A stretch of DNA of 64,000 nucleotides from Nostoc sp. (GTDB taxonomy: Bacteria; Cyanobacteriota; Cyanobacteriia; Cyanobacteriales; Nostocaceae), in NCBI GenBank assembly GCA_036918135.1, contig JBALDB010000065.1, positions 32,001 to 96,000 of the forward strand, given 5' to 3'. Both the position numbers and the translations under genes were made by a program. The notes below the pieces were generated by a model. The model had not been told where the DNA came from. It saw only the letters and a program-made list of their open reading frames with translations, and searched no databases. The stretch's first letter is position 1. Each line of letters opens with the position of its first letter. Below, in pieces: positions 1 to 7,733 of this stretch.

Positions 1-82
1 TTATGAAATACATTCAATCTGGATAAATTAAATAAAAATTTGATTACTAAAAATTAGGAATTACTAATCAGGAGAGCAAATT

Positions 83-736
83 TTGGCAGCAGTCCGAGTC
101 CGCCAACATGTTAATCCACTTGCCCAAAAGTATCAAACACCAGTAAGTCCTCTTGACTGGGAAAAAGTTTATGCCAAGCCAAATCAATCGCTACATCTAG
201 ATATTGGCTGTGCTAAGGGACTATTTTTGTTGAATATGGCCAAGATAGAACCAAACTGGAATTTTCTTGGTTTAGAAATTCGGCAACCGCTTGTGCTGGA
301 GGCGAATAAGTTGCGTTCTCAACTAGGTTTAACAAACCTGCATTACTTATTTTGTAATGTGAATAATTCATTGGAATCGCTTTTATCTTCCCTGCCTTTG
401 GGAAGTTTACAGCGGGTGACAATTCAATTTCCCGATCCTTGGTTTAAAACCCGCCATGCTAAACGCCGTGTAGTCCAACCAGAACTAGTGGCAGAATTAG
501 CGAATTATCTTGCAGTTGGGGGGGTTGTATTTCTGCAATCAGATATGAAATTTATCGCAGTGGAAATGCGCGATCGCTTTGCTGCTCACCCAGCTTATCA
601 GAAAATTGGTACAGAAGAATGGTTAGGCGAAAATCCCCTACCAGTCAGTACAGAACGAGAAATATATACTCAAAACAAGGGTGAACCCGTTTATCGAGCT
701 TTGTTTGTCAGGCGAGAAACTGTAAATGAGGAATAA
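83..736 (+). CDS. trmB: tRNA (guanine-N7)-methyltransferase
   Basis: RVRQHVNPL N-terminus, LDIGCAKG SAM motif, GLEIR and QFPDPWFKTRHAKRR; TTG start. Confidence 0.95.
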   Translation: MAAVRVRQHVNPLAQKYQTPVSPLDWEKVYAKPNQSLHLDIGCAKGLFLLNMAKIEPNWNFLGLEIRQPLVLEANKLRSQLGLTNLHYLFCNVNNSLESLLSSLPLGSLQRVTIQFPDPWFKTRHAKRRVVQPELVAELANYLAVGGVVFLQSDMKFIAVEMRDRFAAHPAYQKIGTEEWLGENPLPVSTEREIYTQNKGEPVYRALFVRRETVNEE

Positions 737-753
737 TAACAGCACAATCTCCA

Positions 754-916
754 GACACAAAAGTTTTCAGGGCATAAATGTTTTAGTTGCTGCTCAAAAT
801 TTGAATTGCTGCGATCGCTTCAGGCTTGAATAGCCAGAGAGCATTTTCTTTTACGAGAGCTTTCAGCCCTTATATGAGAATAAATCAGTTTGGGACATTA
901 GGGACATAAAAGTTTT
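754..916 (+). promoter_or_regulatory. Repeated GACAYAAAAGTTTT motif upstream of RiPP kinase (candidate operator)
   Basis: gacacaaaagtttt 754-767, ggcataaatgtttt 771-784, gacataaaagtttt 903-916; the last recurs exactly at 3251-3264. Confidence 0.4.
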
Positions 917-1043
917 AGTTCTGTCAAAGCAAAAGTTTTAACAATAAAGTTTATAGCCTTCATGTTGTCTAAAATCTTAGAAGACAAAAGATTTTTTCCG
1001 GAAAACTGGACTATTTAATCTTGGTACTCATATTTGATAGCTT

Positions 1044-2246
1044 ATGACATTTATATTGAACTCCAATAATGTTTTCGACTATTTAATTGAGCATGACTTA
1101 TTTACTCAATCAGAACAATCTCTCACCAAGATTGAGGCGATAGCTGCTAAAAATTTTAATTTATTACTCAGCTTGTCAGACGGTCGTAGGCTTCTTGTTA
1201 AGCAAGAACGGCACAATCACGATGGGAAAACGGCGGGTGAGTTTTTAGATGAGTGGCGAATTCAAGAATTATTACAAAAATTTTCCGAATTTAATTACGC
1301 AAGACCATTTTTACCAGAGACACTGCATTTTGATAGAGAAAATTCGATTATTGTCTTTAGATATTTAGATGATTATCGGGATTTAAACGATTTCTATATG
1401 AAGGGAAATATATTTCCTCCAACAATAGCAGCGGCTATTGGGAGTTTTTTAGCAACAATCCATCGTCAAACCTTCAACTGCCAAAAATATCAAGATTTCT
1501 TCTCTCAAAATTCGGATAAGATAAAATCCGATCTGGTATTGCTTTTGATTCGGAAATTGGAGCATATTGGCCCAGAAATTTTTGGTTTAGTACCTGCTGA
1601 TGGATTGAAGTTTTTTGCGCTGTATCAGCGATATGATAGCCTGGGACAAGCACTTAGAGAACTGAGTACAGCTTTTAGTCCCCGATGCTTGACACACAAT
1701 GACTTGAAGCTCAACAACATTCTATTACATCAAGATTGGGAGCAGTCATTCCCTGAAGCCGAAGTATCAGGAGGCATTGTACGACTGATTGATTGGGAGC
1801 GGTCGTCTTGGGGAGATCCAGCTTTTGATTTAGGAACACTTATCGCCAGTTATCTCCAAATTTGGCTCAACAGCTTAATTGTCAGTAAAGAGATGACTAT
1901 CGACGAATCTCTACGCCTAGCTACAACTCCCTTAGAATCCCTCCAACCTTCTATTTATGCTTTGACTAGCGCTTATTTAAAGTCTTTTCCGGAAATTTTG
2001 ACTTACTATCCTGATTTTATCAAGCGAGTTGTGCAATTTTCCGGTTTGGCATTGATTCAAGCAATTCAATCCATAATCCAGTATCAAAAATCTTTTGGCA
2101 ATATGGGTATTTCTATGCTTCAGGTTGCTAAAAGTTTGTTGTGCCGTCCAGAGCAATCTATTCCTACCGTTTTTGGTACGACAGCAGCAGAACTAACTCG
2201 TTTAAGTAGCTCTCACACTGAAGTATTATCTAACCCAAGTTCCTAA
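1044..2246 (+). CDS. APH/choline-kinase-fold phosphotransferase; putative RiPP Ser/Thr kinase (LanK/TvaC-like)
   Basis: LVKQE lysine, LTHNDLKLNNIL (HxDxxxxN), LIDWE, GDPAFDLG; next to precursors and a HopA1-like gene. Confidence 0.85.
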   Translation: MTFILNSNNVFDYLIEHDLFTQSEQSLTKIEAIAAKNFNLLLSLSDGRRLLVKQERHNHDGKTAGEFLDEWRIQELLQKFSEFNYARPFLPETLHFDRENSIIVFRYLDDYRDLNDFYMKGNIFPPTIAAAIGSFLATIHRQTFNCQKYQDFFSQNSDKIKSDLVLLLIRKLEHIGPEIFGLVPADGLKFFALYQRYDSLGQALRELSTAFSPRCLTHNDLKLNNILLHQDWEQSFPEAEVSGGIVRLIDWERSSWGDPAFDLGTLIASYLQIWLNSLIVSKEMTIDESLRLATTPLESLQPSIYALTSAYLKSFPEILTYYPDFIKRVVQFSGLALIQAIQSIIQYQKSFGNMGISMLQVAKSLLCRPEQSIPTVFGTTAAELTRLSSSHTEVLSNPSS

Positions 2247-2375
2247 TTTGCAGCAGTTTGGTTCCTAGATTTAGTAATTGGGAAGAAATGACTATCCCTT
2301 AGCAGGTTTTAGTAGATAACTATTAATATACGTTGTCTATCAAATAACTTTTTTATATTAAAATCCTTGCAGTTT

Positions 2376-2410
2376 AGGTGAAATAACAGCCTTGTTATTT
2401 CACCTTTTTT
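2376..2410 (+). terminator. Intrinsic terminator after kinase gene
   Basis: aggtgaaataaca-gcct-tgttatttcacct perfect 13-bp stem followed by a T-tract. Confidence 0.75.
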
Positions 2411-2624
2411 ATATAAATAATTTTTATTAATTTAAAAACATTCATTTTTTGAAAATTTAAGTGTATAGTATTGACCGAAAAATAGCCATAACTGTATTAG
2501 ATAAAAAAGTAGAAATTAGTAATTTTATTTAACTAGTAAATAGAAAAAGGCAAAGATGACAAAAAAGATTTAATAAAGGAAGAAAAATAATTATTTATCC
2601 TAACTATTATCTTAATTACTATGA

Positions 2625-2653
2625 CAATATTTAGACATGAACTAAAAAGTTCA
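2625..2653 (+). repeat. Duplicated upstream block of precursor 1 (second copy 3317-3345)
   Basis: caatatttagacatgaactaaaaagttca is identical upstream of precursors 1 and 3. Confidence 0.85.
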
Positions 2654-2689
2654 CTACTCAATTTACTTTATTCAATAAGGAAAAATCTC

Positions 2690-2863
2690 ATGGCTACTAT
2701 CAAAATTCACGACTTAAGTCCCGCTGGTTCTGAACTGTTTCAAGATTCTGAAAGCTTTCTCAACGAGCTAACAGATGAAGAACTGACAGTACATGGAGGT
2801 CTGAGAGCAGCATCAATAACTATTACAGTAACAGTTACTTGGACTTGGACTTGGACTTGGTAA
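2690..2863 (+). CDS. RiPP precursor 1, 57 aa: leader MATIKIHDLSPAGSELFQDSESFLNELTDEELTVHGG, core LRAASITITVTVTWTWTWTW
   Basis: ATG 2690 follows taagg RBS; leader near-identical to two downstream paralogs; double-Gly site. Confidence 0.92.
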   Translation: MATIKIHDLSPAGSELFQDSESFLNELTDEELTVHGGLRAASITITVTVTWTWTWTW

Positions 2864-2879
2864 TGATTTAGTTTTGCTT

Positions 2880-2915
2880 AAAAGACAGTGCTGCTTGGCA
2901 GAACTGTCTTTTTTT
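2880..2915 (+). terminator. Stem-loop/terminator after precursor 1
   Basis: aaaagacagt...actgtctttt stem plus T-run. Confidence 0.7.
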
Positions 2916-2952
2916 GTTCGTATATTTACACAAAATTTGAAGAGGAGAACTA

Positions 2953-3120
2953 ATGGCTACTATCAAAATTGATGACTTAAGTTTGGCTGGTTCCGAACTT
3001 TTTCAAGATTCTGAAAGCTTTCTCAATGAGCTAACAGATGCAGAACTAGGAGTATATGGAGGTTTTAAAACAGAATCATTCACTTATTGTTGGCCTTTGA
3101 CTTGGACTTTGACTTGGTAA
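2953..3120 (+). CDS. RiPP precursor 2, 55 aa (not in ORF track): MATIKIDDLSLAGSELFQDSESFLNELTDAELGVYGG-FKTESFTYCWPLTWTLTW
   Basis: Hand-translated; agaggag RBS upstream; same leader; GG site. Confidence 0.92.
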   Translation: MATIKIDDLSLAGSELFQDSESFLNELTDAELGVYGGFKTESFTYCWPLTWTLTW

Positions 3121-3177
3121 TTTTGTGAATATATAACCTAAGTTTGTACAAAGACTTACAATTAGTAAGGTTTTAGT

Positions 3178-3216
3178 TCTGCTTGCACGACACGTTGTCT
3201 GTAAGCAGATTTTTTT
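3178..3216 (+). terminator. Intrinsic terminator after precursor 2
   Basis: tctgcttgca...tgtaagcaga stem with inner gaca/tgtc pairs, followed by T7. Confidence 0.7.
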
Positions 3217-3385
3217 AGACTAGATGGATAACAAAGTCAAATTAAAACGTGACATAAAAGTTTTATTTGTGCCTGAAAAAGCATTTTTTTATGTTGTTTT
3301 ACTCAAACCATTATGCCAATATTTAGACATGAACTAAAAAGTTCATAACTTAATTTATTTTACTCAATTAGGAAATCAATTCATC

Positions 3386-3556
3386 ATGGCTAATATCAAG
3401 TTGCATGACTTAAGTCCCGCTGGCTCCGAACTGTTTCAAGATTCTGAAAGCTTTCTCAATGAATTAAATACCGAAGAATTAAACAACGTTAACGGAGGAT
3501 TATTTGGAATAACTATAACTATTACTATAACTATTACACTTACTATTACTTTGTAA
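3386..3556 (+). CDS. RiPP precursor 3, 56 aa (not in ORF track): MANIKLHDLSPAGSELFQDSESFLNELNTEELNNVNGG-LFGITITITITITLTITL
   Basis: Hand-translated; tagga RBS; same leader; GG site. Confidence 0.92.
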   Translation: MANIKLHDLSPAGSELFQDSESFLNELNTEELNNVNGGLFGITITITITITLTITL

Positions 3557-3585
3557 GATTTAAAGTTATATAGTAGATTTTTCAG

Positions 3586-3624
3586 GATGACTAACAGTAC
3601 TAGCAAATAGCATTGTTAGTCATC
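3586..3624 (+). other. Stem-loop without U-tract between precursor 3 and lyase gene
   Basis: gatgactaaca...tgttagtcatc perfect 11-bp stem with a further imperfect extension. Confidence 0.6.
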
Positions 3625-3665
3625 ATGTGATGTAAATTATGTTTATTTATTAACTAGCTTATTCA

Positions 3666-4787
3666 ATGATTGCTGAATTATTAGAATTTACTCCAAATAA
3701 ATCACCAGAAGCAGACCCACGATTGTGGGATGCTTTAGAAGACATCGTTAATAAAGTTCAAATCGAGTCTGACTTTTGCGTTTGTCACCCAAATTACAAG
3801 CCTTTAGATCTGCCAGATGAGGTGATAGTTCGTTTCAAAAAGATGTCTCAGGATGTTCAAAATAGGTACTTAAATCTGCAATTGCGTAGTTTTCTCTACG
3901 GAATTTATTACAACGGCTCTCTGCAAACAACTCTGGCACTTGATGCAGATTCATCTTATCTGCAACTACACCAAGATTTAGAAAATAACTCTTTCTTAGG
4001 AGTAGACTTGGCGTTTTACGATCGCTTACACAACAGCAATACTGGAGAGGGCTATTTTGATGCTAATTGGTCTGTAGTCAAGCAGGTCGATGATGATACA
4101 TTGATGGTGACAAAGGGCGGTTTGAATTTGTATATTAAACGCGATTATCATTTACAACCAGTCGAACAATCTGCGGTGGTAAGCGACTTAGTTGGGATTC
4201 GACTGCCCAAGAATCGAGTTCAAAATGGATTTTATTTGGCAGTTGGTAATGCTGGCCCCCAAACTATCGGCAATCCAAATCAGCAGCCACAAACTGTACG
4301 CATTTACTTTAATTTGAGTCCTGACGGTGCAGTTGCTCTCATGGGTAGCCTAACACAGCAACTCAATGAAATTAACATTCCTTTCACATTTAAAGCACTA
4401 TACAATCCTGGGGACTACGGTCGCTATGACTCAGCAGTACTTTACTTTGAGAAAAGTTACTACGAAGCAGTTAGACCAATTTTAAAAAGTGTTTATACAG
4501 AAAAGCGATCGCACTTTAATCCAGAAGTGCCATTATTCACAAAATTACTGATGCCAGGGCTAAGTTTGGCAGAAGAACCAAACCAGAGATTTGCAGCCCA
4601 AGAAAGCTTTGGTATCAATCGCTGTCAAATTATTGCTAATGGATTGTTACAAGCTAGCCAACAGGGAAATAACTCTCCACAAGAACGGATGAAAGCTATT
4701 CTCGAAAACTTTTCTCTTCTGGGAATCGAATTACACCGTTCTTATCTTAATGCCAACTCTGAAGACATCTACACACCGTTGAACTAA
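3666..4787 (+). CDS. HopA1-family protein; putative phospho-Ser/Thr lyase (LanY-like)
   Basis: RIYFNL, FTFKAL, YGRYDSAVLYF, GLSLAEEP and SFGINRCQIIA motifs; paired with an APH kinase as in class V lanthipeptide/thioamitide dehydratases. Confidence 0.8.
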   Translation: MIAELLEFTPNKSPEADPRLWDALEDIVNKVQIESDFCVCHPNYKPLDLPDEVIVRFKKMSQDVQNRYLNLQLRSFLYGIYYNGSLQTTLALDADSSYLQLHQDLENNSFLGVDLAFYDRLHNSNTGEGYFDANWSVVKQVDDDTLMVTKGGLNLYIKRDYHLQPVEQSAVVSDLVGIRLPKNRVQNGFYLAVGNAGPQTIGNPNQQPQTVRIYFNLSPDGAVALMGSLTQQLNEINIPFTFKALYNPGDYGRYDSAVLYFEKSYYEAVRPILKSVYTEKRSHFNPEVPLFTKLLMPGLSLAEEPNQRFAAQESFGINRCQIIANGLLQASQQGNNSPQERMKAILENFSLLGIELHRSYLNANSEDIYTPLN

Positions 4788-5797
4788 TGCAAATAATCGA
4801 CCTTGCACCACCAAAAGTAGTAACTTCCAACGAAGTTAATTTCACCAATAGATTTCCCGAATCTGATTTGCCATTTTATCGCAAACTAGGACGAACTGAT
4901 TTAACTGTTAGCGCTCTAGGATTAGGAGGTGGCGGTAAAATCTCTAGTGAAGATACCCTTTACGCTTTCGACCAAGGGATTAACTTCTTTTTTTACTCTA
5001 GCGATTTACACCACTATCTCTACAGCCACATGTCTGAAGGACTACGGAAATTATGCGGGCGTGGCTCCTCTGTGCGAGAAAAAGTAGTACTGGCAACAGT
5101 AAGTTATATCAAAAATCCAGATGCAGCAATGGCAGCCATCATCGACCAATTTGTAGACCTGAGAATGGACTATATTGATGTCTTCTTTTGGGGCTGGATT
5201 GGCACTAGTGATGAGCCAATGTTTGAGAAGTGCTTAGACCGTTCCAACGATTTAAGAGGTGCCGGCAGTATTTACGAGCGTATCGTAGAAAGAATGTTTG
5301 GCGTTTCCGAACGCCTCAAAAAAATGGGGGCTGTTCGTTATATTGGTGCTTCTTTTCATGACTTGGATTTAGCTAACAAATGGCTGAATAATTCTTTAAT
5401 AGATGTGGCGATGGTGAGACATAATGTCGCTCACCGTACTGCTCAAAAATTAGTATTCAACAATTTGCAAGCGGAAGATCCACAGCGATCGGGTATTGTC
5501 ACGTTTAAGTCTGCGGGAATGCATGGGCCTCTGTGGCATCCTCCTGCTGGTTTGCCACAAGGATGTTGGCAACCTTCAGTTCCCGATTTATACCGCTATT
5601 CTTTGAGCCAAAACTGTGTAGATGTCTGCCTGATGGGTTCAGAAAAGCGCGAACATATAGACGCGGCGATCGCAGGCATTCAGCAAGGTAAACTCACCCC
5701 AGAAGAAATAGATTACCTCAACCTTTATGGCGACTTACATCGTAATCGGTTTCAAACCCAAAATATTCCTACAGATAGATTAATTTACCGAGGTTAA
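4787..5797 (+). CDS. Divergent aldo/keto reductase-fold protein
   Basis: YRKLGRTDLTVSALGLG, GINFF, LRMDYID, LKKMGAVRYIGAS; TAATG stop/start overlap with the HopA1-like gene. Confidence 0.85.
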   Translation: MQIIDLAPPKVVTSNEVNFTNRFPESDLPFYRKLGRTDLTVSALGLGGGGKISSEDTLYAFDQGINFFFYSSDLHHYLYSHMSEGLRKLCGRGSSVREKVVLATVSYIKNPDAAMAAIIDQFVDLRMDYIDVFFWGWIGTSDEPMFEKCLDRSNDLRGAGSIYERIVERMFGVSERLKKMGAVRYIGASFHDLDLANKWLNNSLIDVAMVRHNVAHRTAQKLVFNNLQAEDPQRSGIVTFKSAGMHGPLWHPPAGLPQGCWQPSVPDLYRYSLSQNCVDVCLMGSEKREHIDAAIAGIQQGKLTPEEIDYLNLYGDLHRNRFQTQNIPTDRLIYRG

Positions 5798-5802
5798 TAA
5801 TT

Positions 5803-6603
5803 ATGACAGAAAATTTAGCTACACCAAGAATATCTAGCGGTGAAAACCTTTTAGCAACACTCAAATTACCAGAAATTTCACTCGCAACCAATGAACAAAT
5901 ATTAGACCACCTACGCCATTCATATAAAGTTGCAGCAATTGCCGCTGATGCCGAACAAGAAGTTTTGATTTTGCGCCTCTGCGAACAGTTAGAAATTACA
6001 GTTTCCGAAGATGAACTGCAAGCCGCAGGAGATACCTTTCGCCAAGATCGCAAGTTATTAACGGCTTCAGAAACCTTGGCATGGGTAGCACAGCAGCGTT
6101 TAACAGTAGAACAATGGTCTGAAAGTATTAGAGTAGCACTGCTGACACAAAAGTTAAAAGAACGTCTATTTGGCTCAACTATAGATACTCAATATTTAGT
6201 CGATCCTTATATTTTTAAACGTGTTGCTTTATCTCAGATTCTCGTAGTCGATTTAACAGAAGCTTTGAGAATAGTCCAAGTACTGCAAGAAGATAAGTCT
6301 GCCTTCTGTAGTTTGGCACTACAATACTCTAAAGGTAAGCAGTCCAAAGAGAATGGTGGTTTTGTGGGTGTTCGTTTTGTTTCAGAATTAATGCCGGAAC
6401 TAGGACAAGCTATTGCAGAAGCAAAAGATGGTGATGTGATTGGCCCAATTCAAACCAAATTAGGTTATCACATTGTGAAAGTTGAAAAGTGGTTTTCTCA
6501 TGAGTTCAGAGAAGTTAAAGAACAAGTACTAGAATTTCTGCTTCAAACATGGCTAAAAAGTCAATCTAACCCTGACAGTTTGGCAGCACCACACAATAAT
6601 TAG
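5803..6603 (+). CDS. PpiC/parvulin-like (SurA-like + rotamase) protein
   Basis: FCSLALQYS, SKENGGFVG, IGPIQTKLGYHIVKV. Confidence 0.8.
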   Translation: MTENLATPRISSGENLLATLKLPEISLATNEQILDHLRHSYKVAAIAADAEQEVLILRLCEQLEITVSEDELQAAGDTFRQDRKLLTASETLAWVAQQRLTVEQWSESIRVALLTQKLKERLFGSTIDTQYLVDPYIFKRVALSQILVVDLTEALRIVQVLQEDKSAFCSLALQYSKGKQSKENGGFVGVRFVSELMPELGQAIAEAKDGDVIGPIQTKLGYHIVKVEKWFSHEFREVKEQVLEFLLQTWLKSQSNPDSLAAPHNN

Positions 6604-6674
6604 AAATAGTACAATTTCCTGGATATTTCTACTCAATATCCAGGAATTATTAGAAATAATACAACTATTAAACT

Positions 6675-7631
6675 ATGTCAATACATCATAATCAATCTAA
6701 ACATCAGTATCTCAATCTAAAATATATTGCTAAATTTATGAAAAGATATTTTAAAAAAGTTTGGCTCTTTCTAGGTTTAACTTTTTTATTTAATTATTTA
6801 TTGGTGATTCTATACCTAGCATTAGGTGGTAAATGGGTCGTACCTGGTTCACTGATTATAACTACGACTTATATGTTTATTCCTATGCTCGTTACTGTAG
6901 CGATTCAGAAGTTGATTTATCATGAACCATTACAAAAACCACTTGGTATTTCTTTTAAGTTCAATTCGTGGTTTTTGGTAGCATGGTTATTGCCACCTAT
7001 TCTAGTATTTACTACCTTTGTAGTTAGTCTACTTTTTCCTGGCGTTGAATATTCTCCAGAAATGGCAGGGCTATTTGCACAGTTAGAAACAGTACTCTCT
7101 CCAGAAAAGTTACAGCAGGTACGAACTGAAATTGCAGCTTTGCCAATTCCATTGATTTGGATTAGCTTAATACAGAGTTTAATTGCAGGTGCAACTATCA
7201 ATGCTGTTGCTGCTTTTGGTGAAGAATTAGGTTGGAGAGGGTTACTTCAAAAAGAACTTAATTTTTTAGGGTTCTGGAAGTCATCAGTTATTATCGGTTT
7301 AATATGGGGAATATGGCACGCCCCACTGATTATCCAAGGACATAACTATCCTCAACACCCGTTATTAGGTGTCTTAATGATGACAATTTTTACCTTATTG
7401 TTATCACCAATTTTTAGCTATATCAGACTTAAGTCCCAATCTGTTATTGCTACTTCTATTTTACATGGAACATTGAATGCTACAGCCGGACTGTCTATCT
7501 TAGCAATCAAAGGAGGTAATGATTTAACAGTTGGTATTACAGGTTTTGCTGGTTTTATAGTTTTAGTAACGGTAAACATCGGTCTATTTATTTATGAGTA
7601 TGCCGGGACTAAAAGGTCATTTATCAAGTAA
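6675..7631 (+). CDS. CPBP/Abi (CAAX-type) intramembrane metalloprotease; start may be ATG 6738
   Basis: GEELGWRG, IWGIWHAP and SILHGTLN motifs; multiple TM segments. Confidence 0.9.
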   Translation: MSIHHNQSKHQYLNLKYIAKFMKRYFKKVWLFLGLTFLFNYLLVILYLALGGKWVVPGSLIITTTYMFIPMLVTVAIQKLIYHEPLQKPLGISFKFNSWFLVAWLLPPILVFTTFVVSLLFPGVEYSPEMAGLFAQLETVLSPEKLQQVRTEIAALPIPLIWISLIQSLIAGATINAVAAFGEELGWRGLLQKELNFLGFWKSSVIIGLIWGIWHAPLIIQGHNYPQHPLLGVLMMTIFTLLLSPIFSYIRLKSQSVIATSILHGTLNATAGLSILAIKGGNDLTVGITGFAGFIVLVTVNIGLFIYEYAGTKRSFIK

Positions 7632-7733
7632 AATCCAACAAATAAATTAGTCAATTTTTTGGGGTGGTCGAGACACCACCCTCATAATAATTAATTGAAT
7701 ATTTTTAATTTTTAAATACTTAAAACAGTAGTT

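Noticed and set aside
997..1002. TCCGGA (DIF1 heterocyst promoter motif) upstream of the RiPP kinase
   Set aside because: A single hexamer inside a ttttccggaaaa palindrome; no convincing -10 element at suitable spacing and no TSS data
1044..2246. Aminoglycoside resistance gene
   Set aside because: Only the APH fold motifs are shared; context supports a peptide kinase
2621..2689. 23-aa N-terminal extension of precursor 1 in the ORF track
   Set aside because: Paralogs start at MA(T/N)IK, an RBS precedes ATG 2690, and the extension overlaps the duplicated upstream block
3666..4787. Type III secretion effector interpretation of the HopA1-like gene
   Set aside because: No T3SS genes in the window; context with kinase and precursors indicates a RiPP lyase
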